Shown piece by piece: positions 1 to 8,801 of a stretch of 26,371 bases of DNA. The notes under the pieces were generated by a model. It did no database searches. It saw nothing but the letters and a program-made list of their open reading frames with translations, and was not told the origin of the DNA. The translations under genes were made by a program, and so were the position numbers. Source of the stretch: Promethearchaeota archaeon (GTDB lineage: Archaea > Asgardarchaeota > Lokiarchaeia > Sigyniarchaeales > SOKP01); contig JAHLWS010000076.1 of NCBI GenBank assembly GCA_019057795.1, forward strand, positions 1 through 26,371. The letters are read 5' to 3'. Positions within the stretch are counted from its first letter, which is position 1. Every line of letters begins with the position of its first letter.

Positions 1-567
1 GAAAAAGCGCGTTTAAAATTAGCACGACACTACGATACAATATACAACAGAAAGAAGGATTGGACGCATAAGCTCACCCGAAAATTAGCAGACGCGTTTG
101 ATGCTATTATTTTAGAAAACTTAAACGTGAAGGGAATGCAAAAGTTCAATTCAGGTTTGTCAAAATCGGTTTCATTAGATTTCTCGTGGTATCAATTCAC
201 GACTTATTTAAAATATAAGATGGAATGGTTAGGAAAGCATTTCATCCTCGTAGATAGATTTTTTGCTTCCAGTAAACTCTGTTCACGCTGTGGTTGGAAA
301 AACAACAACCTTACCTTAAAAGAAAGAGCGTGGACGTGTTTGGATTGCGGAGCTACCCATGAGAGAGACGAAAATGCTTCTGTTAACCTGAGAATCGAAG
401 GAATAAGGATCTTAAAAGAAGAGAAATATATCACGATCATCCACGATGATAAAACTACCGTTGGAACGACGGGAAGTTACGCCTTTGGAGATGATGTAAG
501 ACCTAAAGAGATTCCTCAGAATCTTTTCGGGCAGTTTTCGAGGAAGAAGGAATCCATCACCCTTTAG
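1..567 (+). CDS. tnpB: TnpB RNA-guided endonuclease, C-terminal part (5' end lies outside the window)
   Basis: Frame 1 is open from base 1 (EKARLKLARHY...AIILENLNVKGM). It contains the RuvC-II Glu (LENL), zinc finger CSRC...CLDC and RuvC-III HERDENAS. The ORF-track start at 127 is internal. Confidence 0.95.
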   Translation, partial: EKARLKLARHYDTIYNRKKDWTHKLTRKLADAFDAIILENLNVKGMQKFNSGLSKSVSLDFSWYQFTTYLKYKMEWLGKHFILVDRFFASSKLCSRCGWKNNNLTLKERAWTCLDCGATHERDENASVNLRIEGIRILKEEKYITIIHDDKTTVGTTGSYAFGDDVRPKEIPQNLFGQFSRKKESITL

Positions 568-582
568 GGTGTGGTAGTTCAA
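1..582 (+). mobile_element. IS200/IS605-family element, copy 1 (right part)
   Basis: tnpB 3' end followed by the right-end structure GAAT-ccatcaccc-ttta-gggtgtgg-tagtTCAA, ending at about 582. Confidence 0.9.
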
Positions 583-600
583 GAAAATGATGTGGTCTAG
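455..600 (+). ncRNA. Putative TnpB omega/reRNA scaffold overlapping the tnpB 3' end, plus flanking guide (~583-600)
   Basis: Hairpins ccgttg-gaa-cgacgg (458-472) and aagagattc-ctca-gaatctttt (506-527), plus the right-end hairpin (554-574). TnpB guide RNAs are known to derive from the element right end plus flanking DNA. Boundaries are approximate. Confidence 0.7.
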
Positions 601-841
601 TTTTCACATCCCATCTATCATCATAATTATCAAAACGCATTTGATCATCGGGATTAGGAGAATAGATTACACAATATGTATATTCTCCATAGTCATTATA
701 ACGAATATGAAGGATAATTTCATTTTGGAATGTTGCCTCTAGAACGGGGCGATCTTTATGTACAATAATTTCTCTTATAATATCACTAAAATCTTTAATT
801 AGGACATTATATGCTAATTGGAGCTTTCTACGAGAATCCAT
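557..841 (-). pseudogene. DUF6516/TumE-like putative toxin, C-terminus replaced by IS sequence
   Basis: Motif Y-x-Y...RFDN...PHHF resembles the DUF6516 family. After PHHF the frame runs into the IS right end (LELPHPKG is IS-encoded). Confidence 0.6.
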
Positions 842-863
842 TTTGAATATTAATACTCAGTAT

Positions 864-1097
864 TTAAAAATCATTTAAAAGCTCTTGAAATTTAGAATAA
901 TCTAATAAAAACTGCCGTAATTCCACTGCATCTTCTTCTGCATTTTCATATTCTCCAGAACGTGCTTTTTCTAAAAATATTTTTGTAGATGTTTCATTCC
1001 AACGTTTTAAAATTGAGTTTATATATTCTTGGAGGATTCTCATCTTAGAAGTTATGAGATCTTCCGCTACGGCTTTATCTAATTTAACTTGAGTCAT
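864..1097 (-). CDS. Small helical protein, putative antitoxin partner of the TumE-like gene
   Basis: 77-aa charged helical ORF 22 bp upstream of, and co-directional with, the DUF6516-like gene; typical two-gene TA layout. Confidence 0.55.
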   Translation of the reverse strand: MTQVKLDKAVAEDLITSKMRILQEYINSILKRWNETSTKIFLEKARSGEYENAEEDAVELRQFLLDYSKFQELLNDF

Positions 1098-1664
1098 ACA
1101 AATAATTATAAGAAATACATCTAAATTAATCTATCGTACTTAACTAAGTAAGAGAGCCTTTAAAATATGGAAATTAAAGAAAGATCTTACAAATCAGTCC
1201 TCTTTATAGGTACAAATAACTAAAATTTAATATGTAAAACTAAATGGAATTACTTCAATACCATACATTTTATAAAATTGGAAAAAAGTAATGAAGCGTT
1301 TTATTGCCAGATCATTGTGTTCAATTATTTTAACACTAGTTATTTTCATTTCCTTGCATTCCTCGAGCCTTATCATGAAAAACACGAGATGTTCCTCAAA
1401 AAAGTGCTTCACAATAAATTTTTTGAATTAATATGCGGTTTTCATTCAGGATTCGGTTATACTTTTGAAAATATATTTTCTACGGCTCTAATTATATATG
1501 GAAATAAAGCACAAAAAAACACTTCCCTTCCCTTGGATGCATCACTGGTAAAGGGCTTAATGGTTCAAAAAGAAAAGAAAAATTGGTCAAAAATCTCTAA
1601 TTATATGATACAAAAACTTATAGCCCTAACAGATTTATAAGTATAAACCCTTTCTTTATTTATA

Positions 1665-2354
1665 ATGGATTTAATGAACTTTATAAATAATCCTCCTATG
1701 TTGTTCATAAAGGAAGACCTCATTGATCTTCTCAATTTTAAACCGATGAGTTTTGAGTTTTTTCTCAAACAGATCAATATAGGAGATGCTTCTAAAGAAC
1801 AAATAAGAGAGATCTTAGCTGAGGCAAAAAGGATCCCTGCGGCATTAAGAGGGTATCATGGGGGTTATGAAGGAGGTTTGTATGACCATGTCTTATTAGT
1901 TACCAATCTTGTTTTCCAAATACGTAAAAACGCTGATTTCCTGAAAAAATATGTAAATTGGTCAAGAGAAAAACATGTAGCCATATCAGAGAATTATAAC
2001 GAGATTGACTTACCCAAGGCCATACAGACAGCAATTTATCACGACTTTGGTAAAGTTCCTTATTATACTTTTAGATTAGACCTAAAAAACCGCAAAATTT
2101 ACACGAATAGGGTTCAAAAGCAAGAAGCATCTTTAGAAATAACTGAGAAATTTAACTTTGTAGGGTATGATTCTCACGTAGATGAATGTATTGCCGTATT
2201 AAAACGCTACAAGCTTCCGTTTGATGATGAAATATTACAAGCGATTATCTTTCATCATGGTAAATGGTCAAAATATAAACCCTTTGAGCCTACCAAACTC
2301 AGCGAATTAATCCATGTGGCAGATATGATCGCTAGTCGCAAATACGAGATTTAA
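1665..2354 (+). CDS. HD-domain phosphohydrolase (YhaM/Cbf1-like catalytic domain, no OB fold evident)
   Basis: YHGGYEGGLYDH, AIYHDFGK, HHG and HVAD metal-binding motifs. TATA-like TTTATAA at ~1633, about 25 nt before the ATG, suggests a leaderless transcript. Confidence 0.85.
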   Translation: MDLMNFINNPPMLFIKEDLIDLLNFKPMSFEFFLKQINIGDASKEQIREILAEAKRIPAALRGYHGGYEGGLYDHVLLVTNLVFQIRKNADFLKKYVNWSREKHVAISENYNEIDLPKAIQTAIYHDFGKVPYYTFRLDLKNRKIYTNRVQKQEASLEITEKFNFVGYDSHVDECIAVLKRYKLPFDDEILQAIIFHHGKWSKYKPFEPTKLSELIHVADMIASRKYEI

Positions 2355-2359
2355 CGAGT

Positions 2360-4003
2360 TCATTCCTTACTTTTTCTTAAATTATACAAATTTACTTCTC
2401 GTCTTGCGATATCCTCTAATGAATTCAAACCGTTATAGGTGGTATGACAAAACTGTATAATTTCTTCCCAATCGTATTTTTTCCATAACTTCCCCTCAAA
2501 TAATGAGAAAAAGCAATAAATGATAAATTTATTTCTTAGAGCTGAGAATTCTTCTGAGAATTGAATGCCGCGCCTGTATTTTGCGCATGTTAGGATTGTT
2601 TCGTATAAGTATGCGTCTATTTTTTCATCTTTAACCAATTCATTAATTTTTGAAGTGATATCAAATATGGAAGTATATTTGAAAAACTCATCAAAATATA
2701 CACATATTAAAAAGGCAAATTTGAATACCCCCTTGGTGAATTTGTTCATAGACGCTTCCACATTCTTTGGTCTAAAGCAAGTATCAAGGTGATAAAACGC
2801 ACGGCGCAGGAGATCCTCATAATCATAGGGAATGGAATCAAGTTCGGGGAGCTCATCAAATAAAAGTTTCCCATATAGGATTACTGAATTCTGTGGTATC
2901 ATAAAGTCCAATAAAGCCCACTTGTAATTTGCCCAAGATTCTTTTTCATAGACTTCTTTCTGTTTAAGCCCTTCTAACGAATTAAAGAACACATTTGCCG
3001 TATAACGACCTTTTTTATAGTCTAATCTTCTCACGTCCGTCCAATCCTGTAATTTGGGGATTTTATCAATGGATTTCACAATGCAGATAATGTCGATATC
3101 ATTTTTAATCCAATCATCAGGAAGTTTTCTATCAAAAAAGCTCCCTATTCCATAAATGCTGATAATATTTTCTGAGAATCTTTCTACAAGATCTTGAATT
3201 ATCGAGTAAGTTATCCCACATTTTTCCTTATGTTCGTGCCGTTCGCATTCGTATAATAGTTCCGAGAGTTTAACTTCTCTTTTTCCCTGCCAATACTCAA
3301 GTGCCCATTTTAAATCTTGTTTTGCTTTGTTAGAATCAAACTTATAGAGGAAAACGCTTATTTGATCAAACTGAAGCTCTAATTCTTGTTCTTGGATAAG
3401 AGAACTAAGGTCTATTCTCTGGAGAACTTCTCGAGGGATGTTTTTTACTTCATTGCTTTTTTTTGTCATATCCCTTGGGGCTATAATAATCCCATAGCAG
3501 AGTAAATCGGTGTTATACCCTAATTCTTTTAAGATTTGGCAATAGATCTGCGCTTGTACTTTTTGATTAGGAAATGTAGTGGAATACTTGCTAAATTTAT
3601 ACTCAAACAGAAAAATGGGTATTCCTCTTTTGAATACAATCACGTCAGGCTTTCCTACGATAATATCGTCTTGAGATTTCATGAGAAAAGGGGTTTCCAC
3701 AATTACCATTTCCTCTACTTTCGGAATTTTTTCTACCAGCTCTTTAAACGTTATGGCCTCCGCATCTTCAGCCATCCTCTCGTGCAGCTTTGTTCCTTCC
3801 TTTTGCGCTTCAGTCTTTATTTTCCCGAAAATATAATCTAATTCTAATTTCGCCTCAGAATAAAATTGAGACGCTATATCCGACACAATCAAGTATGGAC
3901 GATTGAATTTTAAGTTTGATTTTCCTTTTTTAACGCGCTCAATCAGTTCCTCTCGTAGTTTCACTTGATTCTCAAAAATAGCTTTCCAATTGTCTTGCGG
4001 CAT
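2360..4003 (-). CDS. Fusion of Cas4/Exo5-like PD-(D/E)XK nuclease, Pol-beta-fold nucleotidyltransferase and C-terminal helical (HEPN-like) domain
   Basis: N-half: VSDIASQFYSE, GTKLHE, GKPD, EYK, QAQIY. C-half: SIYGIGSFF...NDIDII (GS-x13-DxD), followed by an all-helical region. Confidence 0.75.
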   Translation of the reverse strand: MPQDNWKAIFENQVKLREELIERVKKGKSNLKFNRPYLIVSDIASQFYSEAKLELDYIFGKIKTEAQKEGTKLHERMAEDAEAITFKELVEKIPKVEEMVIVETPFLMKSQDDIIVGKPDVIVFKRGIPIFLFEYKFSKYSTTFPNQKVQAQIYCQILKELGYNTDLLCYGIIIAPRDMTKKSNEVKNIPREVLQRIDLSSLIQEQELELQFDQISVFLYKFDSNKAKQDLKWALEYWQGKREVKLSELLYECERHEHKEKCGITYSIIQDLVERFSENIISIYGIGSFFDRKLPDDWIKNDIDIICIVKSIDKIPKLQDWTDVRRLDYKKGRYTANVFFNSLEGLKQKEVYEKESWANYKWALLDFMIPQNSVILYGKLLFDELPELDSIPYDYEDLLRRAFYHLDTCFRPKNVEASMNKFTKGVFKFAFLICVYFDEFFKYTSIFDITSKINELVKDEKIDAYLYETILTCAKYRRGIQFSEEFSALRNKFIIYCFFSLFEGKLWKKYDWEEIIQFCHTTYNGLNSLEDIARREVNLYNLRKSKE

Positions 4004-4204
4004 ATTTCACTTAATATTAGGTAATAAGATTATTTAATCCTTGTTGTTTTGAATGAACCTTATTATAAAAGACATAGTAGAGTGAAAATTTTCTTTAAAC
4101 TCATTTTCTTCGTAACTTACTAGTTTAATAAATTAATTAATTCTGAGCGTCTTAAAGGTTTAAATAAGTGATATTTACTATTATTATAGACAAAGAATCT
4201 GTTA

Positions 4205-4235
4205 TTGCAAATATTTGCAAATATTTTTAAATATT
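4205..4235. promoter_or_regulatory. Overlapping palindromes with 10-bp-phased repeats in the divergent promoter region
   Basis: Perfect palindromes TTGCAAATATTTGCAA (4205-4220) and AAATATTTGCAAATATTT (4209-4226). AAATATT recurs at 4209, 4219 and 4229 and overlaps TATA-like TTTTTAAA (4224-4231). Confidence 0.45.
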
Positions 4236-4280
4236 GTGTTTAAGACTAATAAAATGATAAAAGTTTTGTGAAATTGGAAC

Positions 4281-7200
4281 ATGGGAACTGATAAATCAGA
4301 TAAATCTAAGAAAAATAAGTTTGATAAACAAATTTTAACGAGGTTTGTCCAAACAGAATGTGAAAGGCAATTGTTTTTGGATTTAGCTCAAGAAAAGCCA
4401 GATTTGTGGATATCTCCTAATCGACCTACCGAGAAACCAAAAATACGCCGCCATGTTTCAAAATATCTAGAGCAAATGGGTCAGAAATATGAGCAATTAG
4501 TGTACGCTAGGTTAGTTTCTTTAAAACAAGTGAAATACAAAAAAGGGGAAAAGGGTAAAGTTGCAGACTCCTATTTATCACCAAATGCGTTTCTTGAGTT
4601 TTATAACGCTCTTGAACAAAAAAAGAAATCTAACCAACCTCTATTATTATTAGAATATCAGTACGAAAACCCTCGTTCTTTTTTTAAAGAAGTATTTAAT
4701 ATTTCTAGCAGGAAAGAGCCAATACCCGTTGAATATTCAAATCAACGCCCAGATATTTTAATTATTGAAAAATTAAATGACGCTTCTGATGAAGTAAGTG
4801 AATTATTACCCAATAATAAGGTACGAGAAGTTTCAAAAGAAGAACTTAAATCGCGGTATGCGATCTCTGTAATAGATATTAAAAATATTCGCGATATTAA
4901 TGTAGGAAAAAAGCAATTTACTGAGATTTTGTATTACATGCAAACTCTTACTTATTTTCTAAAAGAACACGGTCTTAATAATAAGTTCTTTGTTCAAGTA
5001 AATAAAAACGGAATTTTTCCACAATATAGTGAAGACGAGCTTAATAAAATTAAAAGCTTTGATGATTTTTTTGAATTAGCGATATTCCTCAAGTGGGACG
5101 AATCAAATCAGATTTTTAAAACCCTCGTAAACAAAATACAGCAGCTTTGGAAGAAATGCCCTTGTTCAATTGATTCGATTCCGGTAAATATTCAGGTAAA
5201 TTGTGGATATTGTTATTATATTGAAGATTGTAAAAAAACTTTAGGCATGGATGGAGTAAAACCTCGTAAAGAGTGGTCGTTAAAGCTTATTCCGTATACT
5301 TCTATGTCTATTGCCCAACAATTGCTTGATCGTGGATTCAAGACAATTGGAGACATGGTTGATAACTTGAAGAATGTTAAAGTAGGCAACACGCCCGAAT
5401 CTCTTTACCCCGAATTACCTCTCTTACAATTAAAAGCACAATCTATTTCAGAGAATAAAGTAATTAAACCACGTCCAGGACAAATACACGCGTATTCTAT
5501 TCCTAAATATTCTGCAATTGCTATTAATTTCTCAGTGGAAAGCGATCCGGCTAATCAGAGAGTATTTGCCGCTGGATTGTATTTATACATGTCAGTCTCG
5601 CCTAAAGCTCCTTATAGTTTAGTTTACGAAAATTGGTGGAGGATTTGGAAAGAAGGTTATGAGAAATCTAAACCCCCAAAGGAAATTCAGAAGGAATTGA
5701 ACGAGAATTTAACTCGAGAAATTCCTTTAGAGCATGTCGAAAAATTTTTATATCTTTTAGGAAGGCTTAAAGGGTTTCTTATTTTCTTGAAAGGTGAAAA
5801 AAAGAAGGACGGTTCAATAAGACAACGATCAACTGTAATGTATCAGTTTGCTATGATTAACGAAGGTAGCGAAGACCAAACTGAAGCAAATTTCGTTAGA
5901 AAAGTTATAATTAAACTAAATTATCTTTTAAAACTATGCAACATAATTGAAAATTATTTGGTAACGGACTCTGAAAAAGCTGGAAGGTATTACGGTCCAA
6001 CCACTAGTCTATTTTACTGGTCTCGCAGACAATTGAATAATTTTCAAGAAATGCTTGAAAGAAACCTTGATTTTATTATCAAGGATCGAAAAGCGGCTTC
6101 TGCTTTTGAATCCATTATGACTCTTTTTTCGCCTTCTGAATCTGAAGTAGCACATCCTTACCAACATAAAAAGATGTTTAACATCCAAGATTTTGCCGAA
6201 ACGATTTTTGGTTTTCCGACTATTATTACTTATACATGGCACGAGATCGCCAAACAGAGCTTTGGAACGCAAGTAAGTTTGAGATATTGGATCCCTCATT
6301 TTAATTATATGGATTTTAATAATTGGTACGAATTTCTTGTAGAGAAGGATAATATAAAAAAACAAGAGTTAATACGCCAAATGATGATTAAAGTTCGCAC
6401 GATAAATTGGCTTAGAATGAAATTTCAAGTTGAATTCAGCCAAATAATCTCAAAACATTCGAGAGTTATTAATAAATCAGTTTTTAAAAGCGTTTTTCTC
6501 AATTCAGAATTACATCCAATTTCTCACGTGTGGTATTTATTCTCAAAGTTTACAGGAGCTTTTGACGAATTAGAAACTGAGTATCTTAGGACAACATACC
6601 CTGAATTTAGTATTGGTAAATTAGCTGCCGCTCAAGTTGATAGCTTACAAATTAACGATGGTAACGGAAAAAATGTATTTTGTGCATTTAACTTAATCGG
6701 GCTTTCAAGTAATATGAAATTAAGAGCAGGACAGAGAGTTTATTTAATTCCTAATCAAATACGCGATATGCCCTTAAGTAGAATTGTAGAGATGTATAAA
6801 GTAACCATAGCAGAAATGGTATGGTATTCTAAAATAAAGGGGTACGTCGTAACTACTGAGGAAACAGGCAGTAATTTCTATAAAGATTATCAGGGCAAAG
6901 AAAAAGCCCATACATGGTATCTATATCACACGACAATTGATGCTTGGTCAAAAAAGCTTTATGGGCGGGATGGGCTGCTACAAAGGCATCAATTAGGGAC
7001 TTCGTGGTTAGGTGCCCGGTTAGCCTTTCTGTGGGGGATCCGTTCAACCCCAAAATTGTTCTGGCCACATTCTTGGGAATTTTCTGCCCCCGCTGTATAT
7101 CTTTTTTCTCCAAAATTAGTATTAAATTTAACTAATGAAAAAAAGGTCGAAAAAACAGAACAATTAATCACCCCAATTAGTCCAACTCCTGATTTCTCTC

Positions 7201-8780
7201 AGAAAGCTGCGATTAAACTCGCTTTAAATAACGTTATATCTGGAATTCGAGGGCCGCCTGGAACAGGAAAGTCGCAGACAATCGCCGCTTTTATAGATGA
7301 ATATTACGAGCGTTGTAAAAAACAAGGTCAAAAATCGGTAAAAATTTTAGTTACTTGCTTTTCTTACGCCGCTCTTCGCGTAATAATAGACAAAATTAGG
7401 AATAGTAAAGACAGTTCGAACAAATTAGTTAAATCCGCAAAGCTCCAGATGATCTTTTTAAGGTCTCAATATCAAAAACCCATAGAAAAAAAAGTTGGGT
7501 GTCGAAATGTTGACGATTTAGTTAGGAGGGGTAAAACTTGGAAATTAAACGGTCAAAGCAGATCAGTCACAGCAACTAATATGTTCGAAGAATCACTTGA
7601 AGATAGTTTTATTTTGTTTGCAAACGCTCATCAATTGTTCTATCTACCTGATAGAGTTGACGATAATTTTGCGTTTGACTTGATTGTGGTAGACGAGGCG
7701 AGTCAATTACCAATAGACAACTTTATGTCAAGTTTACAGTTTGTACACGGGCACGATTTTAAAGTAAAGATGCCTGACGATGCGGATATGCCTGGTACGC
7801 AGATTTTAGATAGTAAGCTTATCAAAGATTTAAGTCTTGAGGATGGAGTTAAATATAAGCCCCTTACTAAGGTTGTTATCGTAGGAGATTACAATCAATT
7901 ACCTCCAGTTCAACCAGTTAAGCCTCCAAAAAAATTGGAACGAGTTTTAGACAGTTTATTTAGCTATTACGTTAGAAGACATGGCATTCCTAACGTGCAA
8001 TTAAAAGTAAATTATCGCTCTAACGAGGAGATTATGAATTTTACTTCTATTCTGGGTATTTACGAAGAATTAATTGCCGCGCCAAGTAATGCGTCTTTTA
8101 CTTTAGAAGGAGATATTAATAGAATTAAAGTGAAGTGGGTACAAGAAGTCTTAGATCCAAAAAAAGTTATAGGGACAATTATCCACAAAAGAAAATACGA
8201 AGTAGGCGTGAGCAGTTTAGAGGCGGAATTAGCAGTACAAATAGTAATCAGTTATTATTACATGTGTAATATTAAAAACGAAAAAGAAGAAATAGAATTT
8301 TGGTTGCAAAAATTGGGTGTCGTTGCGCCACATAATGCCCAAGGCCGTTTAATAATACGCCGAATTTTTGACGAAATGACAAAACCAAAGGATCGAATCT
8401 CACACCTTACAAATCCGCTTCTGATGAAATTTATTAGCAATACGGTATACAGCGTCGAAAAGTTCCAAGGTTCCGACAGAGATCTAATTATTTCGTCAAT
8501 AGGGTTATCTGATAAGGATCAATTAAACGCAGAAAGCGAATTTATATACAATTTAAACCGGTTTAACGTTCTCACTTCTAGGGCAAAAGCTAAAATTATT
8601 CTCATTGCCAGTAAACAATTTTTCGAATTTATTCCTATGGATCGAAAAATAATCGAACAATCGGCTCATATCAGAAAATTTGCTATGAATTTTTGTAATA
8701 TAAAACAATCTCTTAAAGTGTTAAATGAAAAACATGAATATGAAAAATTATTATTTAGGTATAGAATTATTAAGAAATAA
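4281..8780 (+). CDS. Fe-S PD-(D/E)XK (RecB/Cas4-type) nuclease fused to DNA2/NAM7/Upf1-type SF1B helicase, with a degenerate TM0106-like RNase H-fold middle region
   Basis: Nuclease motifs RPDILII and IDIK; cysteines C27 and C308-x2-C311-x5-C317. Helicase motifs GPPGTGKS (aa ~991), VDEASQ, VGDYNQLPPV, NYRS, SVEKFQGSDRD, NRFNVLTSRAK. Confidence 0.9.
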   Translation: MGTDKSDKSKKNKFDKQILTRFVQTECERQLFLDLAQEKPDLWISPNRPTEKPKIRRHVSKYLEQMGQKYEQLVYARLVSLKQVKYKKGEKGKVADSYLSPNAFLEFYNALEQKKKSNQPLLLLEYQYENPRSFFKEVFNISSRKEPIPVEYSNQRPDILIIEKLNDASDEVSELLPNNKVREVSKEELKSRYAISVIDIKNIRDINVGKKQFTEILYYMQTLTYFLKEHGLNNKFFVQVNKNGIFPQYSEDELNKIKSFDDFFELAIFLKWDESNQIFKTLVNKIQQLWKKCPCSIDSIPVNIQVNCGYCYYIEDCKKTLGMDGVKPRKEWSLKLIPYTSMSIAQQLLDRGFKTIGDMVDNLKNVKVGNTPESLYPELPLLQLKAQSISENKVIKPRPGQIHAYSIPKYSAIAINFSVESDPANQRVFAAGLYLYMSVSPKAPYSLVYENWWRIWKEGYEKSKPPKEIQKELNENLTREIPLEHVEKFLYLLGRLKGFLIFLKGEKKKDGSIRQRSTVMYQFAMINEGSEDQTEANFVRKVIIKLNYLLKLCNIIENYLVTDSEKAGRYYGPTTSLFYWSRRQLNNFQEMLERNLDFIIKDRKAASAFESIMTLFSPSESEVAHPYQHKKMFNIQDFAETIFGFPTIITYTWHEIAKQSFGTQVSLRYWIPHFNYMDFNNWYEFLVEKDNIKKQELIRQMMIKVRTINWLRMKFQVEFSQIISKHSRVINKSVFKSVFLNSELHPISHVWYLFSKFTGAFDELETEYLRTTYPEFSIGKLAAAQVDSLQINDGNGKNVFCAFNLIGLSSNMKLRAGQRVYLIPNQIRDMPLSRIVEMYKVTIAEMVWYSKIKGYVVTTEETGSNFYKDYQGKEKAHTWYLYHTTIDAWSKKLYGRDGLLQRHQLGTSWLGARLAFLWGIRSTPKLFWPHSWEFSAPAVYLFSPKLVLNLTNEKKVEKTEQLITPISPTPDFSQKAAIKLALNNVISGIRGPPGTGKSQTIAAFIDEYYERCKKQGQKSVKILVTCFSYAALRVIIDKIRNSKDSSNKLVKSAKLQMIFLRSQYQKPIEKKVGCRNVDDLVRRGKTWKLNGQSRSVTATNMFEESLEDSFILFANAHQLFYLPDRVDDNFAFDLIVVDEASQLPIDNFMSSLQFVHGHDFKVKMPDDADMPGTQILDSKLIKDLSLEDGVKYKPLTKVVIVGDYNQLPPVQPVKPPKKLERVLDSLFSYYVRRHGIPNVQLKVNYRSNEEIMNFTSILGIYEELIAAPSNASFTLEGDINRIKVKWVQEVLDPKKVIGTIIHKRKYEVGVSSLEAELAVQIVISYYYMCNIKNEKEEIEFWLQKLGVVAPHNAQGRLIIRRIFDEMTKPKDRISHLTNPLLMKFISNTVYSVEKFQGSDRDLIISSIGLSDKDQLNAESEFIYNLNRFNVLTSRAKAKIILIASKQFFEFIPMDRKIIEQSAHIRKFAMNFCNIKQSLKVLNEKHEYEKLLFRYRIIKK

Positions 8781-8801
8781 AGATAATTAAAGAAAATAAT
8801 A

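Noticed and set aside
204-440. 78-aa minus-strand ORF
   Set aside because: Antisense shadow of tnpB.
1227-1640. ORFs 1227-1412 (-) and 1278-1640 (+)
   Set aside because: They overlap on opposite strands, have non-ATG starts and no recognisable motif. Either could be a remnant, but neither can be supported.
2565-3841. Plus-strand ORFs 2565-2792 and 3536-3841
   Set aside because: Shadows of the 547-aa gene.
6009-8440. Short ORFs inside the nuclease-helicase gene
   Set aside because: Shadow or alternate frames without motifs.
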